From: Octopus sinensis
Lineage: Eukaryota
Reading direction: 5' to 3'
NCBI RefSeq assembly: GCF_006345805.1
Contig: NC_042997.1
Span: 40,610,001 to 40,674,000, forward strand
Length of the DNA: 64,000 nt
Below, one piece after another: positions 51,400 through 64,000 of the stretch. Below the pieces are notes generated by a model. That model was not told the origin of the DNA. It worked only from the letters and a program-made list of their open reading frames with translations, and made no database searches. Each line of letters opens with the position of its first letter. Positions within the stretch are counted from its first letter, which is position 1. The position numbers were made by a program, and so were the translations under genes.

Positions 51400-52560
51400 T
51401 TTTTCAAAGTGACTTTCCAGCAATTTTCTTTGATAGTGATAGAAAAAGTACTTGAACACAATGCCAACAGCTTAATATAAACTTAAAAATTACGATGAAA
51501 CACGGGTCACTTTATCCTTTCTGCCAATCCAAAACTCCATATAATACACGGTGTAACTCACTAGTATCTTACAATTTTAGTTGGTTTTCAGATTTTTCCA
51601 ATGTCAGTTTCCAAACTCATACAATAACACTCTGCTCAATCTCTCCGTCTTTACCTGTCCTCGTAACATGTGCACCCAGTCTTGATTCAATTCCAGCAAA
51701 TCGATTATTGCAGATATTTGACCAAAATAATGCACTCTATACCTACTTTCTACCCTTGCAAAATTTTCAATGTTTTTCTGTCGCTGGAGAAATTCATTCC
51801 AATTTATAGAAAGTGGCTAAAAAATAGATTGGTCGATTACTTTCACTTTCTGTACCTCAGAGGTGAAGGAAACAATAACAATCTCAACGATAAAATTCCT
51901 TGATAGAAAATGTAGTTCTAGATATACACGCAAAAACAAAATCCGAAAAAGTTTTTTTTTTATCATTGACCTGTTCAATCGAAGTTGACGGATGGATAAA
52001 CATAGGCAACTTAAAATTCTTTTCATATATGTATAACCGTTAATATGGCTTTATATCAAGCTATATCAATCGGTCTCCTTTTTTCGCGCCACGCATCATT
52101 TATCTCCCATCTTTGAGAAATCCTGTAAAAAGCCTTCGACCATGTTTGACATGAAAAACTGTTAGCTCAGTTTCTCTCCTGAGGACTCCTATCTCTCATG
52201 TGTAAAATTCAGAGTTTCTGGTATAACGACTAGTTTACAGTGTGAATAGATTTTTTTTTCCAACCTAATTCTGTACGTGTCATAAGTTTTGGTTATGTCT
52301 CCCAGACTTTAACTTCTTAAAATCATGATCATACTGGCTATAAAGCTTAATCTCATTTATACTTCAATGCAAATAGTATCTATTTCTCTTTAGCTTTCCT
52401 TGCCGAGGCAGCGGTATCCAAACGCAACTGATACATCTCAAGCCAGATGCACACTGCTTCCTCGAACAAAATTCCCAGATAATATTCTCAAGTGATAACC
52501 TAATCGCCTTCAACAGCTCAAAAATACAAACACTGTGCAGCAATGAAACTGTCATGTACC
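51400..52560 (-). pseudogene. Possible highly decayed pogo/Tigger-like transposase
   Basis: Minus-strand fragments EEAVCIWLEMYQ..RKAKE and VIDQSIFSHF resemble CENP-B HTH and DDE segments; weak. Confidence 0.25.
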
Positions 52561-55300
52561 TTCTGCCGGTACTTATTAAAAGCATTTAGATTCTCTACAA
52601 ATAAGTGACGATCACATAACATATATAAATTTACTAAAATTGCATTCCAAAGTTTAAGTTTCTGCTTCAGCTGTAATCAATTCTACACAGCTTCATCGAG
52701 TTGCATTGTCCAATACAGTGCTGTAGTTTTGCACACAAGAATCTCATTCAATATTCTTCACAAAAACAAAAATAAATAACATTTACAGGTTTAGCGGAGA
52801 CTCGTTGAATTAAATTGTATAAGCATTCTTTCTTACAGGCATTATATCTTCCTTCGGTGTTTTATAGTTATTAATGCAACTCTGTTGTTCAAACATAGCA
52901 TTTAGTGCACCATCTTCACCTGGTACCATTTGATTAATCTTTTGTCTCTTCTCTCGTCTACTCTGTTTCGTCATACATATAGACGCAGGCGTGGCTGTGT
53001 GGTAAGAAACTTGCTTCCCAACCATATGTTCCCGGGCTCAGTCCCATTATGTGGTACCTTGGTCAGTTGTCTTCTACAATAGCCTCGGTCCGGTCAAAGT
53101 CTTGTGAATGTATTTGGTAGGCAAAAAGGTGAATAGTAATTCCACATCACTAGCCCGCCACATACACCATCTAATTAATAGAAAAATATAGGAAAAAATG
53201 TCCTGGGCTATGATAGACTCGGGTACCCCATATCAGGGCCAACACTCTAGTTGTGGACTTTGCTCAAAAGGTCTCAAAATTCTAACCCCAAATTCACTAC
53301 AATTGCTTTATAAATACGAGGACTTCACTACGTGTAAGCACAAATTCTTCCGCACTTTTAAATTCTTTATAAATCTAAATGTAAGCTCACCCCACCCACG
53401 AATAGCACCTACATACAAACCCCTATGATCATTAACACATACCCCTTCTATATCTCTATAACTCTTATTTCTCTCTTATGTCTTACCTTATATCTATCTA
53501 CCGTACCTCATCACGCTATGAGATAAATATTAATTCTTTAATTTATCCTTAATCTATTTTAAACCTTAACCCAATAAATCCCCTACTATAAACCCCTAAC
53601 TCTAACTCCCACTCAGAAATAATTTAAAATTCAACTAGCTCTTCCTTTCTCGACTACCTACGCACACACAACCCCATTGCTAAAAATAACTCTACAGCCA
53701 CTGACTTTAGCCAGGACGGAGACAAGCAATTACTACCAAATTTCCTCCCGACTTTGAGACTACCAGACATCTACTACTCTCTTTAAATTCCTTTCATTTC
53801 GCTTTATTTTTGTTTACCTTATCTTCCTCTACCTCCTCATCCTCTCTCTTATCTTCTTGTCTACCCCGTACACTATTCTTAGACACCAAGCACATATGCA
53901 CCTTACGGTGGTGTCCCAGTATGACCACAGTCAAATGACTGAAACGAATAAAGGATAAAACAAGGATGCAATCCAATAATGTTTTGTCCAGCCATTTCTC
54001 CCAAAGTCGCAGCCTGCAGAAATACCTTCTCTTCCTACGATTCTCTTAAAGACGTTCACTTACTGATGTTCGGACAATACCGACTGTGTCGACCGCACCA
54101 ATATAAGAGAGTCTACTAACGCTTGAGCACAGCTTCTCTTTTGGTTTCTGAATTTAAAAACAATAAGAATACTAATACGGTGTAGGCTTTAGGTTATAGT
54201 ACACTGTGTCAATCATCCCAACCAAATCTACCTGACTATATTGAGCTTATGACTGAACATATTAGTTACACAAGAACATGACGTGTCATAAATTCAAATG
54301 CCTGTTATGATATTAGCAATACTCTTTCCTTTAATAATCCACTTAATTATTGGAAATATGTTTATTCTAACTGACTGCTAACATCAAAACGCAGTTTACA
54401 ATCTACTAGAAAAACATAGTTTTGATTTAATCTTCTTATTTGGTAGAATCTTCGAAGAAAATATTTCTTGCTTGGCTTAGTTTGAAAAGCTTTTGGTTCT
54501 TGACAGAGCTTAAGAGTTTACATATGTCAGCTATGTAATAGGAAGTTGTTTCAATCGAGCTGAAGTATCATAAGCGTGTCGAGTGAGCTCTTGAATTAAC
54601 ATTGAAAACTATCATGTAAGTTCGTAAGAAATTAACTCTCGTTTTTTCTCATTCTTTTTTGTTTAGTTTTTGTTTTGTATTAACAATAACTTGACATACA
54701 TTCCAAGTGTCGCAATCTATTGTTTTATATTCATTTGTTATTGATCTGAAATTAAACCAGAGATTTATCAATTATCGATACAACGCAGGAAATAAATATA
54801 CGCCATATATATTTCATCTCTTTATTTGGTTTTCTTTTCATGCGGCATATTAGTAGTAGAACGAGTTATATCAGAAGTCCATGTGTTCTGTTTGGAAGTA
54901 ATTTCAAATGTCAAGTCTGTATTCCAATCATTTCTTTTCAATTGATTGTATTTAAAGTTCATGCATAAATTACTAATTTTCGTGTTGTCCAGTATAGTTC
55001 GTTAACTAGGCGACACAATGACATACTGCATTTATTTTCTGCATCCAGGACATTCAACATACTGCTACACTACTTTCTCTCCAAGTTCTTGCGTAAATAC
55101 TTTAGACCCATTACAACTTATGATGTTTAATCGTAATATGTTGTCATGTGAATTCCCTTCTATTCCTTTTAACGCGTTATTTCCTCCCATTTACCATATT
55201 AACACTTCCATTCCGCATACCCCTAATGTGACAACAGTTACTTATAACCAATATTATATTACCTCGGTTAGTTATTATTATTATAATTATTATTATTATT

Positions 55301-55702
55301 TATGCTTGGCTTTTGCTTTGCATTTGTACAAGTTGGCTCCAAGTCTCACCCAGAGACCTCAAGAGACAACAAGTTAGAAGTTCATGTTGGCGTTATGCCT
55401 AGGGTGTCATATATTTGGTTTTGTGCATAGATAATGTTTAAGAAAACATAAGAAAATTATGAGTTAGCTTTAAAATTTGAGATTATATAGTCAGTATTTT
55501 ACGTAGGATATGGGCAGTTCCCATGAGCACTATCTTTTGAATTTCTGCCATTTTGGGATTTCCTAGTGTCTGAGCTAGGTAACAATCAGCGCCTTTTGCT
55601 ATCATTCCTAGGGAACCTATGACAACAGGTATTGTTTTAGTCTTCAGGTTCCACATTTTGCTAATTTCTATTTCAAGGTCTTTATATTTGCTCAGTTTTT
55701 GG
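55301..55702 (-). mobile_element. Second R4/Dong-clade LINE 3' end, different subfamily
   Basis: KLSKYKDLEIEISKMWNLKTKTIPVVIGSLG...QKIVLMGTAHILRK*; its 3' UTR differs from the 38864 copy; (AAT)n tail. Confidence 0.88.
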
Positions 55703-55719
55703 TAGTTATAATAATAATG

Positions 55720-55783
<64 letters not shown>

Positions 55784-55801
55784 AAATTATTATTATTATT
55801 A

Positions 55802-55857
<56 letters not shown>

Positions 55858-58067
55858 TACACTGGTAAGCAATACAGGTTTTTCACCGAAAACAATTACT
55901 ATATCATTTAATGGACGTATCCGCCATTTATTTGGGAATTTGTTAAAACCGTATAGAACCAGGCTGTAGCTTTACAGTGTCTAATTTCAACACTCTACGC
56001 TCTGACTCGACTTCGCCTTAGTAACTCCTGGGGTCGATAAAATAGGTAGGAAACATATTGGGGTCGATCTGATAAGTATATCCACTCCTACATATTTCCA
56101 AGCGTTCAGAACAAATTATTTTTTTAAAAAATCAATATTTTTTCAAACTCCATTATTTTTCTCTTCCTATATCATGTTGTTCCATGTCTTTCGCTTCTTC
56201 ACACATTTTCTGCAATACTTAAACAGTATTTGTTATTCTCTCTTCAGCAAAAGATTATTCATTCTTTAATTCTCTTTTCCATGTCATTCATAGCCACTGG
56301 CACATGATATATTGCCATATATCATGTTACCTTCTTTATTGTTTCCTTTCATATATTTTATGTCCATGCTTCCATCATCATCATCATCATCATCATCATT
56401 TGAATGTTCCATTAATGATTCCGTTTAGCATTTCTGTATCTCTTTTCTTAAAAACTGAATCACATTTATCACATACTGCTATTGAAACCGTTCGATACCT
56501 TATGGTATACCCTAAATATCTGTCAAATGACTCCAGATTTAGAAGAGAATTTCATCTTTATTTGGATTTATTTCGTGCTAATATTCCCACTCTAAGCTGT
56601 GAAAGTTAGAAAGTTAATTCTCACCATGACAGAAATAGATGTGTATATGAATGCTCACAGAAAATTTGAGCCTGGCAAAATGGCTTCCAGCATTTAGTTA
56701 CGTCTTTTTACGTGGTATTTAAATCTTGTTGGAATAGACTTTTACATTTCTCATACTGGTGTCAATAAAATGAGTAACAGTCAAGCCATTATTGAATTGA
56801 CTGAGCACCCAAAAGTCATTTGGTATTATACCAATGTTAGAAAACATTATTAAGATCATAAGATCGATGGAAATTCTGATCGTTGGAGTTCAATCTGCAT
56901 CAGAGTCTAGTTTCACTTTCCTTATCTACCCGTTCAAATTTACTTTTATTTTTCCGAAGTTAAAATCTATTCCAGTAAAATGCTGTATTCACTTTACTCG
57001 GTTCCCCTTCTGCGTTATGAATTGATGTGTGCGATTATTCATTATCACAATAGTTTGTAGTCCTACAAGGAATATGTTTCTCTTGTCAAAAAATATGAGT
57101 TCCCAAGCCGAAGCACCCGGCCTAGCTAGAGTACTGCGCTTTGGTTTTTTATTAGATAGGGGCTACAGTGAACCAGCTTTTAGCTGGTAAGCTTGCCCTT
57201 GAACATTAAAACTTGGCATCCTTTCTTCTTTTGCACTTGACATAAAGTAAGCGAATGAAAATCGACCCAGAAATAAACACGAGAGCGAGAGATACGTATT
57301 TCGCCGTGAATTCAGCTTATAAATACTAGGCACTCATGTCACTTCCGAAAGGAAATTGAAATCTTGTTGCAAATACAGATAATATAAAAAATATTTGCTA
57401 ATTTGTAATGCTGGTGCAAAACTAGAATAAATTCGGATTATAAATTCAGTAATTTTTTTGACTATTTGTATATATTTCATGCCAGAGATTTCGTATAAAC
57501 AGCAATTACGGCAAAATACGTCTCTACCACCCTCGTGTTCTCTTCTGGGACGATTTCGTTTCTATAGTATACTATGTTTTTTAACACTATATGTCTTTAA
57601 TAAATGTTTTCCGGACAATAAATCGCGATTTCTGGCGTTTAAACAACACCTGCGCGTTAAGTATGTGGTAACAGCATTTACGTTATAAAACTGCTTCTGT
57701 TGCATAATCTGAATATATATGTGTGTGTGTAAGAAAATTAAGAATATATATATATACAAGAAAATTAAGAATATATATATATAAGAAAACATTAAGAAAA
57801 TTTACAGTCTTGGAGTTAGAGTCATTTACAGTCATGGAGCTTAACACCTGAAAATTGAATAAATATAAGCAAATTTAAAAGTAAAACATTTAGAGAAACA
57901 TTGTTACGCCTTCCGTGGTACTTGAAATCGAAACCGTATATTAATTTTCCGAACATATTTTTAAATGAAGTTCAGTTTTTCACAATATACCGAATAAACA
58001 AAATCGTCTAAGAGAGGTGGGGGAGAAGGTATGTGCGTGTTTGTGTGTGTATGTGTGAGAGAGAGAG

Positions 58068-58118
<51 letters not shown>

Positions 58119-58233
58119 ATGAATGAATGACTGAATGAATGTAAGAGGAAAAGAAGGATAGAAAGAAAACAGAAGTGGGTAGCATAAATGTGAGGTACAG
58201 AGGGAAGGGAAGCTTTATCACTCCATAGCAAGC

Positions 58234-58316
58234 GTCAGTCTTTCGTCATCTCCAGATCTTCATTGCGTATTCCCTTCATGTTACCCACAAAGGGACTGTC
58301 TCCTCTATCCGTGAGT
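58234..58316 (+). other. Candidate alternative first exon or 55-nt cassette exon
   Basis: TCAGTC near 58235, possible acceptor ctccag ending at 58255, and donor gtgagt at 58311. Segment 58256-58310 reads IFIAYSLHVTHKGTVSSI and ends in phase 1. Confidence 0.2.
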
Positions 58317-58877
58317 TATTCTGTTTACATCTGAGATCTCCCTATAAAAAATTCAAGGGTTCGTCATCAAATAGGGACATTGTTTACTGGTAAACATCAG
58401 GGCTTATAGCTAGACTTACAATGATATTTAAAGGGATACTTGATGAATTAGCTGAGCATATATTCAATTAGGATTTATATATGTAAAAATAGAATTTATG
58501 TAAATATCCCTCCATACAAATCTGCTCTCAATGTCACCACTTCAAATAAATTGGGAAAAAGTTTAATTTAAGAATGAAGAGCTATTAGGATGATTCCTAT
58601 AATCCTTTGGATTTCCGAGACATGACTTGCAACATCATTGTCTTGTAATGTAGCTTGCTTTGCTCCTACCTGAATGTAATACTTTAAGCTAACAACATAC
58701 TCATTCATCATCCAGCGTTGACGCTGCCAAGACAATGTGAGGTTAAATGTCTTGACTACAATCTCCAAACACCGTACTGTAATGAGACATTAAGCACCAG
58801 CTGGCATTACAATATCCTAAAATCGTAGTTTGCTGGAAATTTCGGAAATTATGGAGCAATATAAGAAATTGGTCTAA

Positions 58878-59090
58878 GGCGGCGAGCCGGCAGAATCGTT
58901 AGCACGCCGGTTAAGAAGCTGAGCGGTGTTTCATCCGTCTCTATGTTCCGTGTTCAAACTCCACCGAGGTTCACTTTGCCTTTCAATCTTTTGTGGTTGA
59001 TAAAATAAATACCAGTTGAGCACTGGAGTCGATGTAATCGATTTAATCCTCCCTCCGAAAGTGCTGGCTTTGTCCCAAAATTTCAAACAA
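58878..59090 (+). mobile_element. SINE family A with alternative tail
   Basis: Same head and body as 14990, tail ...ccgaaagtgctggctttgtcccaaaatttcaaac. Older copies at ~39658-39833, ~61531-61743 and ~62960-63090 (minus). Confidence 0.8.
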
Positions 59091-59435
59091 TATCAGAGAA
59101 TGGTCTATTTGCGTTTTCGAGTGAGCTGAAAGAAGTAAGATTTTGTTTGAATTTTTAATAATATTTAAAAGTTCAAGCAGAAAGATGGGTTAAGTTTATG
59201 ATTAAAACTCACCTTCATTTGAAAGAAAGTATACACTTTAATTTGAATAAGCTAATTTTACCAAAGTGAAGTTTATCGTCATGCTTACCTTGAACGTTCG
59301 TTACCATTAATGGAATATCTATATCATTTGTTGTTGTTGTTGTTCGTTCCTTCTCGAGTCATGCTTGTCTCATAAGGGCCGGTTTGCCGGTTTCATTGGC
59401 GTATAGGTTCCCCACCTGGACGGGACGCCGGTCCG

Positions 59436-60639
59436 TTTGTTGTTTCAAGCTCACATAACTGTCATTAGTATGTAACATAATAGATTACAAAACGCCAGTC
59501 TGATTTGTGTATTTTTAACAAATTAAATCATTTTTTAAAAAATAATTTAAAATGCAGGAGGAAACAGTGTGAGAAAGTTATGGCGAGAGAGTCAGCAGAA
59601 CTACACCATTACCTTCTGCCGGAGCCGCGTGGAACTTACGTGTTACGCTTTAAATACACACATCGCCCGGTCTGAGATTCGAACCCACGACCGCGAGTCC
59701 GCTGCTCTAACCGCTAGGCCATATGCCTTCACATATCTGTCATTTACTCTTGCGCAATTCTTTTTTTTTCGGTAAGAACTAGTTTCGCTACGAATTTAGT
59801 TGCCGCTAAATATATTAATCGAAGAAATTTGAAGAGATTTCTGCAAAACACTTGAAATATTTTTTTTCCTAATTTTTAAATTCGAAATATTAAATTTAGT
59901 TCCAAGTGGCAAAGTTACTTTTCAAATATACAAAAGTTAATAAAAATATTTGGCTCCAAAAAGTCTGCATTTGACACTTTGTTGTTTCAAGCTCACATAA
60001 CTGTCATTAGTATGTAACATAATAGATTACAAAACGCCAGTCTGATTTGTGTATTTTTAACAAATTAAATCATTTTTTAAAAAATAATTTAAAATGCAGG
60101 AGGAAACAGTGTGAGAAAGTTATGGCGAAAGAGTCAGCAGAACTACACCATTACCTTCTGCCGGAGCCGCGTGGAACTTACGTGTTACGCTTATAAATAC
60201 ACACATCGCCCGGTCTGAGATTCGAACCCACGACCGCGAGTCCGCTGCTCTAACCGCTAGGCCATATGCCTTCACATATCTGTCATTTACTCTTGCGCAA
60301 TTCTTTTTTTTTCGGTAAGAACTAGTTTCGCTACGAATTTAGTTGCCGCTAAATATATTAATCGAAGAAATTTGAAGAGATTTCTGCAAAACACTTGAAA
60401 TATTTTTTTTCCTATTTTTTAAATTCGAAATATTAAATTCAGTTCCAAGTGGCAAAGTTACTTTTCAAATATACAAAAGTTAATAAAAATATTTGGCTCC
60501 AAAAAGTCTGCATTTGACACTTTGTTGTTTCAAGCTCACATAACTGTCATTAGTATGTAACATAATAGATTACAAAACGCCACTCTGATTTGTGTATTTT
60601 AAAAAAATTAAATCATTTTTAAAAAAATAATTTAAAATG
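59436..60639 (+). repeat. Tandem duplication of a ~543-bp unit (2.2 copies) containing a SINE B-like 5' half
   Basis: tttgttgtttcaagctcacataactg starts at 59436, 59978 and 60521; the copies are nearly identical. Confidence 0.95.
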
Positions 60640-60684
60640 TTTGTGTTGTAATCGTATTCTGAATCAAAGTTGAAAATAAATATA

Positions 60685-61240
60685 CACTGGAGCGCAAAAG
60701 AAACGCGAGACGTGTGTGGCTGTGAAATATGTTTCAATTTCAATATGTCAGAGATAAATTTTGATAAATCTGATAAAATCAATTTCTTGGATGCACTTTG
60801 ACCACAGTCAATGGGTCATTGTCATGTGTTCTAGTAGTAGCGGATCCAGCACATCTAGAATGTAGGGCATGACATGTTCAATACCAAGTACGCCCTCCCT
60901 AGGTGTTCAAAACGGCCATGCACCGTCGGTACATGGAATGCATATGGCGCTTCACAAAAGCTATTGGCACCTGTGCCCACACCCTGAGGAATGCTGCCTC
61001 CAGTTCCAAACAGGTTGTCGGCCTTGGGACCACCTGGTTGAGCCGCCCCTCGATTTGATCCCACAAGTATTCAATTGGGTTCAAATCAGGGCTGAGAGTC
61101 GACCACGGAATGGTTCTGATGTTGTGCTGACGCAGGAAGTTCATGATAATCCTGGCCGTGTGGGAGGAAGCGTCACGTGGCTATGGTGATGCGCGAAGGG
61201 CATGAAGTGAGGTCTTAGGATTTGATCAACGTAGCGCCAA
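60685..61240 (-). mobile_element. Tc1-family transposon 3' fragment with TIR
   Basis: Minus strand PWSTLSPDLNPIEYLWDQIE...RRCMAVL; TIR TA-cactggagcgcaaaagaaacgcg at 60685; truncated by a SINE E 3' half at ~61252-61460. Confidence 0.88.
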
Positions 61241-62586
61241 TGCCTTTCATTGGTTTTGTGTGTCTATGTTTGTTCCCCCCAACATCGCTTGACAACCGAT
61301 GCTGGTGTGTTTACGTCCCGGTCATCTAGCGGTTCGGTAATAGAGACCGATAGAATAAGTACTAGGCTTACAAAGAATAAGTCCTGGGGTTGTTTTGCTC
61401 GACTAAAGGCGGTGCTCCAGCATGGCTGCAGTCAAATGACTGAAACAAATAAAAGAATATAAAAATGACATTTGAAATATCACGTTTCTCTTGCGGTTCA
61501 GTGTATATCTAAATACTAATGTCCTTGAAAAGGCAGTGAGCTGGCAGAATCATTAGAACACTAGAAAAAAATAGTTATCGGCATTTCGCTTGTCTTCACA
61601 TTCTAAGTTCAAATTTAGCCAAGGTCGATTGCTTTTCATCCTTTCGAGGTCATTTAAATAAGTACCAGTCAAACACTGCGATTGATGTAATCTATTTAAC
61701 CCCTTCTCCGAAATTGCTGCTCTTCTGCCAAAGTTTGAAACCAATATTAATGTGCTTGCTTTTTTTTTAGCCCTACGAGCAGTCACCGGGCAAGTCTAGA
61801 GTCTGTGTGACATCGAAGACTACAAGTTTCAATAATATCTCCTTTCATTTTTCGTTAGGTAGATGTATGCAGTTGGAAGGGGATTTGGTTGTTATTTTTA
61901 GCAGATGGAGCAGAGGCTTTCTGTCCATACCTTTATATTAGTGTAATGTAAAATCTCTAGCTACACACAGCATCTTCGTAGGTCTCTTTCGTGTAGTTGT
62001 ATCATGGTCTACTGAAGACGCAGAGTTCGATTCCATTGTGCAATCTTGTCTACGTTTCTTTGTGAAAGTGTGTGGATTAATGTTGATCGCGCGATTGCGG
62101 TTCGATTCCTAACCCGAGTAATGCATTGTGTCCTTGAGCAGGGTACTTCATTTCATGTTGCTCCAGTTTACTCATCTGTAATGAATACTAGCCGAGTGCC
62201 GATGCAACTCTCTATCTATCTCTTTCACTCTCTCTCTCTCTCCCTTTCTCTCCCTCTCTAGGTCCCTGTCTCTCTGTCTCTCTCTCCCTCCCCTCCTCTC
62301 TTTAGTTGTCACGTTTTCGATGTTCTACTGGTTAAGGTAGAAGGGTCTAAAGGACATCCATGTCAACTCACGACTACATAGGGGCCTAAAACAATTAGCG
62401 AAGCCTTGGCACAGTTTTGGAAGAGATATATGGTCACGATTCACAATTGACTTTTGTTTTTTTCATATATAACGCCTTATACATAATTTATAAAGCCTTT
62501 TTGTACTCTATATCTCACTATGTAAAAATATACTATGCTTCCCTTAATAATTACTACACCATATTTCATTTGTCTTATTTTCACAG

Positions 62587-62769
62587 AGGGACAACTTAGG
62601 CCACGTTCAGTCGATTTACAACGAAATGTCAACCGCTACGGACACAGAACCAACCAATATGAGTTACCAAATCTCATACTTCGTCGTGGTCAGCCATTTG
62701 AAATACATATTGTGTTTGACCGAAACTTTGTACCATCTGAAGATACAATTGTTCTAAAATTTGTTACTG
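62587..62769 (+). CDS. Transglutaminase (protein-glutamine gamma-glutamyltransferase) internal exon, N-terminal beta-sandwich domain (Transglut_N)
   Basis: Acceptor ttattttcacag ends at 62586 and donor gtaagt starts at 62770. The 183-nt phase 1-1 exon encodes (E)GQLRPRSVDLQRNVNRYGHRTNQYELPNLILRRGQPFEIHIVFDRNFVPSEDTIVLKFVT(G), matching the transglutaminase N..H.T..Y....LI.RRGQPF signature. Ortholog not determinable. Confidence 0.93.
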
Positions 62770-63726
62770 GTAAGTATCATTTAAACATACATAAATACGC
62801 ACGCGCATACACACACACACACACACGCACACACACACAAATACAGAATAATAAAGAATAATTGTCGTCTAAATTACTCAAAAATCAAATTTAGTGACAA
62901 GGCCTGCAGTTTTATTTGGTTGAAGGTAAGTCGAAACTATATACACCAGTCCTTGACGGGTACTTTATTTTTTCAACCCCTTGAAGGACGAAAGACAAAG
63001 TTGATCTCTACAGGATTTGAACTCAGAACATAAAGAGTCGTAAGACAAACCGCAAGATATTTTTCCGTTGGTCTAACAATTCAGTCAACTTACTATTTTG
63101 TACTAGCTATCTAAGGGTTTGAAGCTATTGACTAAAGAGTTTTCTCCCTGCATCAAAAAGAAATCATAGTGATATTTTATAAAGTTTGGTTTAAGATAGA
63201 TTACTGTTAGATATTTTATTAAACCCCTTTAGGATGCCATTTCCGAACATAGAAAGGATCAAAATACTGTAATACGGGAAATAAACAAATATCTCTATTC
63301 CCTATTATTCCCTCCTCGGTGTGTTTATGTGAATGTGTATGTATCTTTTGCCTGTCTGCCTGTGTGTGTGTATGTATGTATGTATGTGTATGTATGCAAG
63401 TACATATGTATGTGTGTGTGTGTTTGTATGTATGCATGTATGTATGTATGTGTGTATGCATGACATCTAATCAAAAACACATGTCCGCAGCCTTCCTCTT
63501 TCCTCCAGAGACAATCAGACTGTCCTTCCGTTAATTACAGTCAATTTTGATGAATTCTTGACTTTTGAAATTCGTTTCCCTCATGATTATCAAGGTGATT
63601 CTGAAATTCGAAAGAAGCACAACAGGTCATGTGACTGTCGTAATCTGAATAAATAATCAAAATTCTACATTGTACTCTATGTTTTTGAGTATTATACTAC
63701 ATACACACGCACACACTCACACACAT

Positions 63727-63781
<55 letters not shown>

Positions 63782-64000
63782 CATATATCTATATATAAAC
63801 ATATAAAGATGGCAAGTATTTCGTTATAAAACGCTTATTCTTATTGTTGTTAATGTATGTTGTTTATCCTCATGTCGTTCCAATCGTGACTATCGAGTCC
63901 TTTTGTGTACCTAGTACTACATTATCCAATGCGTCCTTCACTTTTTAAACAGCACTGTGACTTGATAGGAATTTGACTGTCATTTCTGTCGGGCCGGTTA

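Overview
AT-rich, microsatellite-saturated eukaryotic DNA. The SINE families and (TA)/(CA)/(TACA)/(GATA)n density point to an octopod cephalopod genome (inference). There is a 100-N assembly gap at 3089-3188. The only well-supported host gene is a + strand transglutaminase: a Transglut_N exon at 62587-62769 and a phase-compatible upstream exon at 33598-33746, separated by a 28,840-bp intron; the gene continues past the window end. Most of the rest is intronic or intergenic sequence filled with modular tRNA-derived SINEs (many with clear target-site duplications), Tc1/mariner relics, CR1, Tx1/L1, R4/Dong, RTE, Gypsy and Penelope-like fragments, and MITE-like elements. The most interesting signal is a dispersed ~190-bp non-coding element family carrying a minimal type I hammerhead ribozyme (2004-2030, 6987-7013, 8584-8610 minus, partial at 37331-37450). 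Degenerate hammerhead-like cores occur in unrelated repeats, including both arms of a ~508-bp fold-back palindrome at 13745-14252. Also visible: a SINE tail matching the Tx1 3' end (29/36 nt), TSD-supported tail swapping between SINEs, LINEs sitting in microsatellites, a 39-bp x8 minisatellite and a ~543-bp tandem duplication. All calls were made by eye; no database searches were run.
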